64,000 bases of DNA from Chrysomallon squamiferum (taxonomy: Eukaryota > Animalia > Mollusca), in contig CM022678.1 of NCBI GenBank assembly GCA_012295275.1, positions 9,486,001-9,550,000 of the forward strand, given 5' to 3'. The notes under the pieces are model-generated. The model was not told the origin of the DNA, ran no database searches, and saw nothing but the letters and a program-made list of their open reading frames with translations. A program made the translations under genes and the position numbers. Shown here one piece after another: positions 1-13,667 of the stretch. The first letter of the stretch is position 1; the number at the start of each line of letters is the position of its first letter.

Positions 1-900
1 AACATTTGTATAAATTTGTAATTTTCTGTTATAGATATCTCACTCTAAACTGAAATACAAACATTTATTACTTCATTTGGTAGAGCTAAAGATATTTACA
101 GTATTTTGAAATTTGGTATAATGGAATGGATGGAAGTTTGGTGGATTTGAGAGGTTGTACAGATGCATAAATTGGCTTGAAAGATTTATCTTCTTTTCTT
201 ATTTTATCACATGCATGTGTAATGTTGTCTTTGTTTTAAATACATTTTAAAATATACCTTACTGATCATTATTGTAACTATTACCTGAATGCATATATTT
301 CATTAATGGCAAAAATTAAATTACATTAAAGTGGCAGGAAAGAATATTACAATTAAATGTTTTAATTAATCGAATAATTTATCATAAATGATGTAACTAT
401 AATGACTGTTAAGATTAATTAAAGATTCTCAGAATAATCTCAAATGTATTTTCATCATGTAAGTATATTAGTATTTCAAGTAGAATCTGAATTAGAAAAC
501 CATTTTCTTACTGTCTGTTGTAATACTATATAGGTTTAAAATGTTTATTTACTTAATATTCCTGGCAGTCATCTTAAACTGGACTAAAGGATAGCATGAA
601 TATCAAATCTTACCAAGTTACATAATTATTCAAATATATTAAAAAAATATTTTTCATAAGCTCTTTTACTGATATATTGCTGTTTTAATCCTTTTATATC
701 AAAGTTAAAAAATAATATTAAACTGATTGAAATTAAGAATTTAAATATATTTAATAAATTATTTTTATTATTAATATTGTATGGGAAAAATAAAACTCTT
801 CTTGCTAAGACAGTGAAATGCAGTTAGAGCTGACAACAAAAATTCCACTTGCACTTTATTTTATGTTTAGTTTCTTAATGAATATTATATTTTGTTGTAG

Positions 901-1016
901 GATCCTAGACAACAGAATCAAGCTGCCTCAGAAAAGATTAACTAGAGCACCAGAATGCTATTATTTCACAGTCTTCCCTGTCCAGAGAAAGCTCAACACT
1001 TTCAAGAGAAAATCTG
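901..1016 (+). other. Possible isolated exon of an unidentified gene
   Basis: Acceptor-like tttgttgtag ends at 900; open frame ILDNRIKLPQKRLTRAPECYYFTVFPVQRKLNTFKRKS is followed by gtaag. No homology recognised. Confidence 0.2.
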
Positions 1017-1294
1017 TAAGATCATAAAATCAATCTAATTTGAATTTTGAAACCTCAGTGATCTCCAAAAGACTGCATTGTCAATATTATCAGAACATCC
1101 AGTGTACACATTGTACTTCATAGCAGCTTGCACTGTTTTTATCATTGATGTGTGTGCATGGTTATTCTAAGTTTTATCACTGAAAGAGGAATAGAGATTC
1201 ATCACTGATATGGAATGCCATTTTTCTAAATAACCTAAAATTAATGTCATAGTGCATAGAGGTGTTACATTTTTTAATCATCAAATTTTTGTAT

Positions 1295-1553
1295 TATTTA
1301 AATCGGGGAAATTGAAAGGTTTGCTGGGATAATCAATGTAAATATATTTAAAATTATGTAATTAGGGTAATTAGAATATTTTATTAAAAATATTTTTTTT
1401 TAAATTAAAAAAACAAAACAACATTTATTTTATCTTTCTTTGTCATATTATTTAAATCAGGGAAAATTCAAGGGTTTAATATATTTAGAATTATGTAATT
1501 AGGGGTAATTAGAATTTTTTATTAAAAAAACAAAACAAACAACAAAACTTTTA

Positions 1554-1589
<36 letters not shown>

Positions 1590-2095
1590 TTAAAATCAGG
1601 GGAAAGTCTAGGGTTTGCTGGGGGTAATCAATGTAAATATAGTTGAAGATTATGTAATTAGGGGTAATTAGAATTAGGGCTAATTAGAATTATTTATAAA
1701 AAAAGGAAGAAAAAAACTTTTTCTGTATATTTGAATCAGGGGAAAATCAAGGGTTTGCTGGGGTAATCATTGTATAAATATATTTAAAATTATGTAATTA
1801 GAATTTTTTATAAAAAAAACAAAATCAAAACAAGAACAACATGTTTTTTTTAATTTATTATTTACATCAGGAGAAAATCAAGGGTTTGCTGGGGGTAATC
1901 AATTTAAATATAATTGAAGATTATGTAATTAGGGGTAATTAGATTTTTTTTTATATAAAACTACAAAACAAAAACAACAGTTTTTTTCCTTATCATATTT
2001 AAATCAGGGTAAATCAAGGGTTGCTTGGAGTAATCATTGTATAAATATATTTAAGATTATCTAATTAGGGATAATTAAAATTTATTTATAACAAC
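1295..2095. repeat. Diverged tandem repeat, about 6 units of roughly 130-150 bp
   Basis: Recurring core aaatcaggggaaaatcaagggtttgctggggtaatcaatgtaaatata...taattaggggtaattag near 1297, 1450, 1590, 1730, 1860 and 1996. Confidence 0.85.
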
Positions 2096-2708
2096 AACAA
2101 AAAAAAAAAAAATAATTTTTTGGACATAAAGTCATTTATGTTAGACATTTGAAGATATACATGAAAATACTATGTCTGATTGTAAATATCTGTGTTTCTC
2201 ATTTTATCATTCTTACTGTATGAAAAATTATTCTGCTTGTATTTTATTTTTAGAAATGAAAAGTAAATTATTTCAGTCATGTGTTCTTTCTCTTTTTTCT
2301 TTTTTTCTTTTGAATGGAACTTAATGATACATTTTTTGTTATATTTTTTATTCCAGTAAAAATGAGAATTTTTAAAATATTTTTAAAATAATAACAATTA
2401 TATAAAAAATGTTTACTATGTAACTATTTGTTAAATTTCAGTCACATTTTAATTCCTAATTGTTCAAATCACAGAGAAAAGTTGAAGTAACATACCTTAA
2501 TTATTCTCTTTTATTTCTATTTTGTGATTTAATATATTTTTTTTAAATTTCAAAGTTAATATAAATATTTTTTTTTCCATTGGAAATCTGTTTCAATTTT
2601 CTGTTTTGGAGCTAATCTGGAACACTTGGAATTCTAAGAAAAGTTTTAGTAATTCATAAAAATAGTTGCAGGTCAGGGCAATTTCCTGTATATCAAAAAA
2701 AAAAAAAA

Positions 2709-2742
<34 letters not shown>

Positions 2743-2799
2743 ATTATTATATCATCAGTGCCATACTATTTCTCTGCTAAGACTTGATAGGCCCTTAAC

Positions 2800-3000
2800 T
2801 GTAACATTTGTAATAAAAAATATTCCAATTTTATGTTATTTTAATCTTTATAAATCTGCAATATGTCTAATATAACATTTGTAATTAAAAAAATATTCCA
2901 ATCTTATATTATTTTAATCTTTATAGCTCTGAAATAAGTCTAAAACCTTGATTTTGACATTTGTAATAAGAAAATTCCAGTTGTTTTAATCTTTATAAGT
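2800..3000. repeat. Short diverged tandem repeat (about 3 x 70-80 bp)
   Basis: acatttgtaat...attccaa...ttttaatctttata recurs three times. Confidence 0.6.
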
Positions 3001-3655
3001 GTGCAGTCTAACATGGCATTACCCAACAGTCCTGTTTTTATAGAATCCACTTTAAATATTTTGTTTATGTTTTAATTATTTATCACATGTTAACAGATGC
3101 AAGTTGAAATAAAGTGTTCTTGGAACATACCTACATGTTTATATTGATTCCACTTACACAACTTTATATGTATATTACAAGATATATTATTATTCAATAT
3201 TTGTCTTTTGTTGTAGTCAAAGTGAGAAACAAATAATAATTCTTGTTCATTCTAAAATGTAATACAAATTCTTTCATACATTATGGATTAAAGTTCCATA
3301 GAGGCCCTTCCTGGAATGATAGCAAATATATTGTATCTCTCCTGTAACCAAAACTTTATTTTTTCTTTTATTTTCTTTTCTTTTTTATTTTTTTGTGTGT
3401 GGGCTCTTACAAAGTTCTGTGTAATGTATTTATATTAAATTTAAAAAAAAAAAATTTATGTTTACATATTAAAGAAGGAAAAAAATTCACAATTTCTGAA
3501 TGTTTCATTCCTTACACTAGCAAATGTTCATTCATTTTGTTGTTAAATAACAAAGTCATGAATTAAAAGTATCTAAATGTTTGTGGTCATGTGTGTGTAT
3601 GTGCACCTCTTTACTTGGTAGTTTGAAACTCATTTTAATGAATAGAAAAAGACAA

Positions 3656-3842
<187 letters not shown>

Positions 3843-4181
3843 GTAATGACAGTCTTTGACTAGGAGTAGTGAGTATAAATAAAAAAAACAGAAAAAAAGG
3901 TTTCCAGATTAAAAGCCTTTTATTTATTAAGATTATTAAAGACTTGAGGTAAAGTTATATTGATAACTAGAGGTAGAATGGTAACCTTTGACTTAGTAGT
4001 TTAAGTTGGTGTATAGAGAGACATGCAGTGTTAGTTTACACTGAAACACTGATTAGTTTGTAGTCTGTTTAGATCATCTGAGAATAAAAGTCATTAATGT
4101 AATATTTTATTATGTGTCTCTATTCATTTATCCTTTCATTTATCTATCTTTTTACACATCCAGTGTCTTTGTGAGTGTTTA

Positions 4182-4185
<4 letters not shown>

Positions 4186-4225
<40 letters not shown>

Positions 4226-4239
4226 TCTTTTTGTATGAG

Positions 4240-4274
<35 letters not shown>

Positions 4275-4484
4275 TATTTATATTTATATAAAAGGTTACC
4301 ACTGGTTTCAGACTTAAGATAACAAACTTACATTGTAGCTGTAAAGCAGTATGCAAGTAATTCAAAAATTGAGTGTAAAAGACAGGAATTTAAAGAGACA
4401 TGGAAAGAGATGGTATGTTAATCAGAAAGAACAGATACATAGAGTGTCTGTGATACTCTCAGTGTGAATGATATATGTCAACTA

Positions 4485-4528
<44 letters not shown>

Positions 4529-4846
4529 CTGTGTTGCATGTTTTGTGTATATACAAGTTATTGTTAGTGAGTATATGTCTGTCTATATGAATATGTGACT
4601 AGATTAAAATTTGACTGTTTATGTGTTTGTATATTTGTCTGCATATGAGCACAGGCAAATGGATGTGTATTACAGTAATAGTAAATATGAGATTATTTGT
4701 GTACTTTGTGTCTATATGTATGAAAGTGGGGTATATGTTGTACATGTATTTGTTTATGTGTGTTTGTACATGTATTTATGTTAGACTGTTTACGTCTGTA
4801 GCCTACCCATTATATGTGAGTGTGTGTGTGAGTGTGTGTGTGTATA

Positions 4847-4909
<63 letters not shown>

Positions 4910-5290
4910 TGTGTTGTATGTATGTATGTATGTATGTATGTATGTATGTGTGTATGGAACACTGGGTGGAGTTGTTGATTATCAACCTGCTAAACACTTG
5001 TTTATTAAATGCTCAAATATCCTCTTTCCAAGCTAAAAGAACCAACTCCTGGCCTGTCACTATCATTTTATTTATTTATTTATTTATTTATTTATTTTTT
5101 TTTATTTCTTTGTTTTTATTTATTCATTTTTATTTATTTATTTATTTATTTTATTTATTTATTTATTTATTTGTTTTTATTTCTTTTATTTATTTCTTTC
5201 TTTATTTCTTTTTCTTTATTCCTTTATTTGTTTTTATTTATATCTTTATTTTTGTTTATTTCTTTCTTTATTTTTTTAATTTATTTTTTA
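4186..5290. repeat. Cluster of (TG)n, (TA)n, (TATG)n and (TTTA)n microsatellites
   Basis: Read directly; explains the low-complexity ORFs at 4144-5377. Confidence 0.9.
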
Positions 5291-6860
5291 TATACAAATA
5301 AGCAGACTGGACAAGTGCAGGAGTCTGTTTCAATCACAGGTGACAACATTTGTGATAAACTGGAAGTTTCAGCTTGATGTGATTGTGAGAAAAAAAAAAG
5401 ATTCTTTGTGTTTAGATTAATCACTGGATTCATGTATACGTGTGGAAGTATGGGACTGAAAGATGGATGGACGATGAATAAGAGATATAAATGGATGAAG
5501 TAAAATGGTTAGTCTGGTTAGAGATAGGGAGGGATGATATATTCACATAATATCCAAATACAATAACTCATTGGATATTTGGGTATGGGTGTGTGTGTGT
5601 GTTCACATTAACATTTATATATAATTTGTGAGAGCTTGTGATTCATTTTTATTTATTTGTTTATCTACAATATCTCTGGCATGTTTTGATAATAATGATA
5701 ATTTTGATATGGTAGTTATAACAGTAAAGATTCAAATTAATAAACAAATAATACAATACTTTCAAATATGAATACATTTTTTTAAATGAACTGTTGTAGT
5801 AAAATATCTCAACAGTACCTATTATATTCACATTTACTATAGTATCTACTACACTATATCTGCTATACCCATAGTATACTACTATATCCCATATCAACTA
5901 TATTCCATATCTACTAGAGTCATATAAATGATATCCATAATTGATTTCAGAATGTTTGATGCACTTCTTAGTGGTACCTACAGGTGTGATTCCAAGTTAT
6001 GAACACATACAAGATAAAATTACATCATTTTATTTACCTGTTCATAGGCTCTGCATTTTTTGTACATCTACAGGTGGAACTAAAAATAGACATGGATAAG
6101 ATTTTGTGCGTGCGTTTTGAAAGAAATATAATCCAAAATGCATGTTTGTTTTTTCTTTAAAATCCAAAATAAGATTACACCTGTTTATTTATTTATTTAA
6201 TTTTCTTACTCTAAACAGTTTAAACTAGACTTTGATTTTTCATTTGATTTTGTTACAACACATTTCAGAATCAGAAAATTCAAATAATCTTATAGACCTT
6301 CTAATTAATATACCTATGAATTTATCCATTTAAGAAATTTACTTAATATAATTGTAACAGAAGAAATTATGATTATTAAATACTTTATTTGGGTTAATAT
6401 GTCAAAATATAAACAAAAATTATCCTCCTAAATAGGAATTTGTTACTGCAGTTTGATAATGTTGGCTAAAAAATTATAATTGAAAACAAAATAATTTACA
6501 ATATTTATTTCAACAAAAATACTTTTTCATGTGAAAAATATAATTTTTGAAAAACTACTAAAAATTTTAAGATTTCTGATTTATCCAGTAAAACTATAAA
6601 AAAGAATACCAAGACATTTGTTTACAAAAATGTTTTAAGTTAATATATAATTTGACAGACAAAATAACCTGCAAATTACTAATTAAGTAAATTTCTAATT
6701 TCTGATTTTATCTTCGAAACAACAAATACATGCATATGTAGGTTTACATATTTCCTTCCATTTTATGTTTTATTGGGTAAATCTTTACCACAAGTCTTGG
6801 TATTTAATTATTATTTAATATTTGGATTATATGATTAAGTAAAAAAAAAAAAAAAAAAAA

Positions 6861-6891
<31 letters not shown>

Positions 6892-7416
6892 TAATAAAAA
6901 TTAAAAACATGAAACAAGAAATATATTTTTAAAAAAAAAGTCCTTAAAATAAACATTATTATTTTATTTATTTTGTTTTTAATGCAAGTAATCAGTAATT
7001 TCTATGATCAATCATATTCTCTTTCTTTTCAAATTTATATCAAGACTTAATGTCATATTTTTCACCACTGTTTGCAATACACTTTGAAATAAACATCATT
7101 TTCCCTATCATGTATTGTCTGAATGTTTTTATTTTTCTCACTCATTAGTATCATTTGAAATATTTGTTCTTGTTTAAGACTACTGCAGACTTGACTGTAC
7201 TTGGTGCTGTGTCTGGTCAAACATTTTTCTCACTGCTGTGACTGACTGAAAAAAGAGGCAGAACTGAATCCAGCATCTGTTTCATGATTTCTGAATCAGT
7301 CTGGCATCAACTATCAAAACTTTGATAGCAAAACTCAAATCTTCATCAAACTTGGCCATGGATTTTCATTTCTGCTTTCACATGTCTGTGCACTGAACTC
7401 CATCAAACCATCCTGT

Positions 7417-7417
7417 A

Positions 7418-7492
<75 letters not shown>

Positions 7493-7525
7493 AAGAAGAA
7501 GAAGAAGAAGAAGAAGAAGAACAAG

Positions 7526-7567
<42 letters not shown>

Positions 7568-7573
7568 AATAAT
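7417..7573. repeat. Compound (AAT)(AAG)(AAC) microsatellite, also at 57669-57790
   Basis: Read directly. Confidence 0.95.
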
Positions 7574-8268
7574 AGTAGTGAAAATATCTACTGCTTTAAT
7601 ATTAATACTAATAATTTTTATTACAATAAAGTAACACACTCTATATATATATTTGCTGTTAGGGCTAATTAATTTACTGCTTCTAAACTTACTTATCTAT
7701 ATTGTGCATCAATTTAATTGAAAATATTAAGTAGCTATGGGTAGACTTTTCTTTAAAAATCTCTTATTAAGAAATATTAGAAATCTGACTTCCACAGTTA
7801 CATCAATGATACATGAGAGACAGACTTTCACTGGAATTGTTTCATTCAGGATGATATTTCTACTTCCTGAATCAAAGTGTATAATTACTTGTTGTCTACC
7901 ATGTCAAGTCTACTATTTCAAGTCAGTGGAACCTCAAGTCTCAGATCCTAGGTTCCTTAGGTTTGTAAATTGTAATCTTTACTGTAGAGGTAATTATGTA
8001 CTGTTATCTATCATAATCCACCTGGATTCATTTTATTTATAAACAAACAACTGTGGTTTATTGTCAATCTCTAATCAACAGTAAAACAATGAATTTATGT
8101 AGCTATTCATGATCTTCCATGTGACCAGCTAGTGGTAACCAGTCTTCAAATGCAGTACTTGGTGACAACCACAAACCTCTATCAATTAACTGAACAGTGT
8201 GAAAAGGAAATATCTAAAATTGAAGTAACTGGAAAAATTTGGAAGCATAATTTTTGCTTTGTGATTCA

Positions 8269-8306
<38 letters not shown>

Positions 8307-8369
8307 CACACACACACTCACAAACTTGCAACAAAATATTTGTTTTTAGATTCTGCTGTAGAAAACAAA

Positions 8370-9415
8370 CATTTATTTGTGACCATCCAGCACAAAATGG
8401 ATTGCTTGTCATAAAGTTCACATTTTGATGTTTTTTAACATTTCTAGATGAGCTTTGTCTTAGCAGTGAAAACTATATAAAAATAAAAAATATAGTTCCC
8501 GAGATATTAGTGACTGAACATTCTAACATTCCATAATCAGTTTCTGAATGAGTTAAATGACAATGATGATCTTTTAAACATTTTCCATAACAACAACTAT
8601 TACATATTAATAAAATCTTCTCACATTAGGCTCAGAATAGAATGCCCTGATGTTTGAAGACAGTATCTGTTTTGTTTTTGTAGAACAGTTTATTTTAATT
8701 TTAATATTAATCTTTGACTGAATGTATTAAACTAGAAATACCTGATTAAACAGTAATAATTTAATAGTCATTAAAGAACATAAAAACATAAAATTATAAA
8801 ATGATATCTTGATTGATGAGAAAAGACATCACCACTGTTTAAAGTCTTCAGCTGTATTTTCCTCTTTTTATCACACATTAAAACATCTCCTTATACCTAA
8901 AATAATCTCATATTAATGCTTCAGCATGAAAATGTTTTGAGAAAATTAAAATGTCTCATATTCATTCCTAAACATGTATAAAATATTTTTTTACTAAAAA
9001 GAGAAATATCCTTTGACAAAACAGACTGAAACTAGTCTATTTACAAATTAGCAGCTTGACAGGTTCTTATGGGTGACATGAGTAGCTTCACAGAGACTTT
9101 AAACTTTGACAACTAACATCTACATGTTTTCAATTAGATGGTGGATGGGCCGTAGAAAAAGGGTCCGCAGAAATCTACAACAGAATGGTTCATATTAAAA
9201 TGCAGTGCAACAACTTGGACAAAGTCTCTTCAACTTGTACCCTAGGATTTTGATAACACCTGATTTCAAAATGATTTTAAAAATTTCTAGGATGAATATG
9301 TACGAAGCTTTCATGTCCACAACTGTAAAAGACCATGATGTCTGTCATGGACTTTTGTTAACTTGGAATCGATGGCTAAAAAGGTCTCAGTATAGTGTGT
9401 TCTCTATATACATAA
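8370..9415. mobile_element. Possible degenerate non-autonomous interspersed element
   Basis: Begins atttgtgaccatccagcacaaaa and ends aaaaggtctcagtat (weak inverted-end resemblance). 9010-9415 is homologous to 49930-50375. No coding capacity seen. Confidence 0.25.
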
Positions 9416-11637
9416 ACACCTACATACTTGTACAACCCCTACTCAGTATTTGTGACTCCAAGCAACAAACACCTCAACTAGTTGCAGTAGACTGAATAAT
9501 TAAGAACATAACTGAAACTATTCTTCTCTGCAGTTATCTGAACCATGTGTTTAATTTCATTTGTTTTTGTTATCCTAGGTGTTGTGACAATTTCCCATCT
9601 AATACTCAGGGTGGGTACATAGTTCACTGGCTTCCCACCTACAAAATATGCTGAACAAACCCTCGTGTTTTCAGTAACATTAAAATCTTTTTACCATTTC
9701 TATGTATAGTGATTACCCACAAATGTTCCTGATATTGATAGAAGGATAACAAATTTCTCAGATGTCTGCAATTGGAACAGTTAATAACTGAACAATGGTC
9801 ATGGCCTCCCATTACAGAATGATTGGTTTTGTCCACCAATTTACAAGTAGGACTGTTTTGCTGAGATCTCGCAATTTGCATCCTTGAATTACCCGGCAAT
9901 GGGCACATGCGCAGTGGAATGTGAAATATCTCAATTAACAGTTGACTCTAAAACCCAGTATATTATAACTTAGAAAATTCACTTTTCTTTTGAAATCCAA
10001 GAACACAATTAAAAACTAATTCTTTGCTTGGACATGTACACACTTTTAAATGAGATAATAAGAATAAATAGCCATTTGTAATATATTATTTAAAAACTAC
10101 TGAAAAATCTGTTTTTCCAAAATGCCACATTCATAAATGTTGTGTCACCAGATGAATTGCTGCTATCATTTTACTGTTACTGACCTGTTATCTCTGTCAG
10201 TAGAATAACATTAAAACTATTTTTCTCAAGAATCTAAATCAAATACAACAAGGTGTAACAAAGTACCTGATGTAAATGAAGATTTTATAGCAGAGCTGGG
10301 ATCCTTCCTCCAGTTTGTTCAGATTGTAGTCAGCCAATGTTTCACCACAAATCTTCACAGTCAGGTAGACTTGTAGTGTCTCACACCAGAGAACTGTGTG
10401 AAATAACAAAAATATGTGATATACTGAAATTTAAAAAACAATCTCATTTAGCTATCATCACAGAAGTCATAAAACAAATGTTTATAATAATAACAATAAC
10501 AAAATAAAAATAACAATAATGATGATTAAAACAGATAAATAAATTATATTAATAATAATAGTGATGACAGTAAGAAGAAAAACAATAAACTGAAATCATA
10601 AATAAATAAATAATCCATTTAACGAAGGACCCTGTCTAATAATAAAGATTTTTTTCATGATTTCATCTTTTCATTTTTCATTATTTTCCCCAATCCTTAA
10701 CAATTTTAGGCTACTTAATTATTGCATAAATACATTAGATTCCTTACAAATGTTAAGAGAAATAAAACTTTTGCTACATACCAGAGGAAAGTGGTTTCAG
10801 CTGTTTTTCAGATAATCCTCACAGGTTCTTGATAAATCAAAATTGGCATCTGTAAAAAAATAAAAAAATCAGAAAAAGAAAATTGTATCTGATCATTCTT
10901 TGAAGCTAAATTTTATATCAAACAACATTTATAATTAAAATAAACCATATATCTGTGATACTTAAGGACTGTCATTCTTATAAACAAAATAAAAAACAAA
11001 AACAACCTCTGAATCCAGTGAAAATGCAGGTGACATCACATCACCAATAGCAGATCAAAATGCTGAAGAAGGATTTCAACTTTCAGCAACAAGCAGTCAC
11101 AGTTTCTGAAATACTGAACATAGAAAAAACTGAGTTGTATAAGCATATAACAAAATACATGCATAAAAATACAATAAATAGTTATAGTTAAAAACTCTTA
11201 TCTAATTATATATTTCTCTACATTAAATATTTAAATAAAACTTTTAACAATAAGAATATATAATTTCCTGAAGATAAGACAATTATCTCTCTATCGTTTG
11301 AACATTCAGAGATCATAGATTACTTTACTTTTCATATTACAGAAACACAGACCAGGAAATTCTAATCCTGTGTAAATAAATAAATACGCATATTATTTAA
11401 AATATCAAAACATTTTCTTTGTGGAAATTTCTTACACAACCCCAGTTGGAAATCAAGTTCAGATTATTTGCATATAATGGATACATCATGAATATTCATA
11501 ACTGTAATGCAAAATAAATCATTTAAAAAACTATTTTAATTATCAAGTTATGAACTAAGCAAAGTAAAAATATCTGAAACATTTCAACATTCTGAATATA
11601 ACAGTATCTGTGTCTTAATCTTATATGTGGCTCTTAC

Positions 11638-12887
11638 CACAGAGATGGGGTTTATGGTTTTTCTGACAAGCCTAGATCCAGTTTCTTCAGTACACTCCTG
11701 TACCTCATCAAGCAGCTTGAGGACTTTGTAAGCTATTTAACCACTGCAAAGTCTGATCAGACTGTGTGAATGTACACTCTGATCTGCATCTACAATGGTA
11801 AGCCCTGTTTCTGCAGTCAGAACCACACATAACAATAACAACCCATTCTTCCAGTTAAAGGACACAACTGATTCATACATTTGTCAATGCACAGCCAACT
11901 TTACAATCTCATCAACCAGTGACACTGAGTCTTCTGATTCCTCACTGATCACAAAGTCAAGTGGAAAGCTTTCCCTGCAGCACAGTGTATTCATTCTTCC
12001 TAAGACCAATCACTTATTCAAGATGAATCTAACATGGACAGTTTGTCTCGACATCCACAGACAGTGATGTGAAACACCATCAGTAAACATGGGATTTGTT
12101 CATTTACACACACAGCAATGTCAGACTCAGTCTGCTAATACAAAGACTCCTGGAAGAAGTTTATTCAATAAAATACTATCAAAAATATGTTTTGTTGTTG
12201 TGTTTGTATGAAGTCCAAATCTGTGCTCATTAATTTTTTCAGACACAGTATAAATACTTTAAAACAACCTATTACCACTACTGTCTTCTGATCAAAGTGT
12301 TTTCTGAATTCTGTTTCTTAGGATTAATGTAAACATCAAGGTTAATGTAAAATGGCATATGTCCTTTACCATCACCCTCACCGTGACCTTCACCTACATA
12401 ATTTTCAGTTATCCTTGTGTTAGTGGAGTATCAGACACTGAAATGAACTTACTGGTTCATCTGGTGTTGAGACTCAGAGAAACAGTGGCTTCCAGTTATC
12501 TCCCCTTGACTGGAAATACATCAGCTGTGATGGGTGATGTTTGAGCAGGTTTCCTAGGCTTTGTTGTCCTCTTTCTGGGAGTCTCGTCTCTTTCCTCTGC
12601 TTTTGAATGATTTAAGTGTTTTTCATTGGCTGGTTTTACCTCAGCTGACATTAAAGGTTCAAGTTTTTCTCCATGATCACTGACATTCGACTGTTGAGGT
12701 TGGTCACCTGGTGTGACACTCTTCAACTTCATGCTGTCAGAATCGTTGTAGTTCAACATGGTCGGCTGCAGTGTCTGTGGGGCTCAAGGTCACCAACATT
12801 GAGCTGATCATTGTCAAAACTTTGACTCGACATTAACCAAGAAAGTGGACAACTCACTGGTCTGATTCTGATTGGTGGGTCCCTCAT
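11638..12887 (-). pseudogene. CAMSAP: CAMSAP/Patronin large central exon (copy C), disrupted
   Basis: ORF 12496..12759 contains LEPLMSAEVKPANEKHLNHSKAEERDE, matching the CAMSAP1 central motif EPLMPAVLKPAKEKQ...KEDERGE as I recall it. Acceptor tcag at 12888, donor gtaag at 11637; stops and frameshifts present. Confidence 0.8.
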
Positions 12888-13564
12888 CTGAGTAGATAAA
12901 TAAATAAATAAACAAATCAATCAATCAATAAAATACTGAATCAGATATTAAATAAATAAACAAACAAATCAAATATTAAATAAATAAACAAACAAACCAA
13001 ATGTTAAATAAATAAGCAAACAAACAAATCAAATACTAAATAAACAAACAAATCAATTATTAAATAAATAAACAAACAAACAAATTAAATAAATAAACAA
13101 ATAAAATATTAAACAAAGAATTAATCAGTTTTCTTTCTTTCTCCCCAATTCAAGTAAGATATCTATTATTTTATACTGTTATTGTTATAATTACTACAAC
13201 AAAAACAACTACTACTACTACTACTACTACAACTACTGCTCCTGTTGCCACAGCTACTTTTCTTTTTACTTGTATCATAACAATTTCTCATTTAACTGTC
13301 ATATTCTCACACTCCCTCCATTACTTCTACTACTGCAACAACAAAACTGCTATCAGTATTGCTACTACTACAACTAGTACTAAGACTACAGTCTGACTAT
13401 GCGTCACACACGATACATTAGATGACAAAGCATCACTGGCTAAAATATCACCTATTACTACAAACAAGAATGATTATTATTAAGTACTAATGCTATAACA
13501 ACTACACTACTACAACAATGGGTTGTACTACTACTACTGCTGTTACTGTAACAACAACAACAAC

Positions 13565-13667
13565 CTCTGCAGATGCTTCTGTTTCTGCCAGGCTAGTACA
13601 GATTCTTTGATGACATTTCTGTCCTGTGGCAACCTCACAGAATTAGCTCTTCATGTGTACCCAGCAG
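13565..13667 (-). pseudogene. CAMSAP: CAMSAP exon (…VIKESVLAWQKQ…), copy C, acceptor deleted
   Basis: Homologous to 62320-62425 but lacks about 18 nt containing the acceptor. Lies between the CH and central exons. Confidence 0.55.

Larger units (their letters stand above)
7151..11105 (-). pseudogene. Unidentified gene X, decayed exon chain in copy C (exons about 11007-11105, 10782-10849, 10267-10393, 10073-10233, 9717-9947, 7693-8189, 7151-7412)
   Basis: Mostly AG/GT-bounded exons with mutually compatible phases (99, 68, 127, 231, 497 and 262 nt). Translations include KL*LLVAES*NPSSAF*SAIGDVMSPAF, SQLLIEIFHIPLRMCPLPGNSRMQIARSQ...QEHLW, HGRQQVIIHFDSGSRNIILNETIPVKVC and MKQMLDSVLPLF, with many in-frame stops. 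Confidence 0.7.

Noticed and set aside
1295-2095. Interstitial telomere (TTAGGG-like motifs)
   Set aside because: Only isolated ttaggg motifs inside a longer repeat unit; no tandem hexamer run.
9717-9947. Cys-rich frame CACAHCRVIQGCKLRDLSK as a zinc finger or transposase CxC domain
   Set aside because: Splice phase (231 nt, 0-0) and synonymous differences between copies favour the other frame; this frame has several stops.
7151-11105. TGA recoding (selenocysteine or alternative genetic code) to explain the in-frame stops
   Set aside because: TAA/TAG stops and frameshifts also occur, copies disagree at some sites (TGA versus GGA), and CpG decay is the simpler explanation.
11795-12067. Plus-strand 90-aa ORF MVSPVSAVRTT conserved in three places (also 52951, 60646) and ORFs 7737/57990
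   Set aside because: Antisense shadows of minus-strand exons; the conservation reflects recent duplication.
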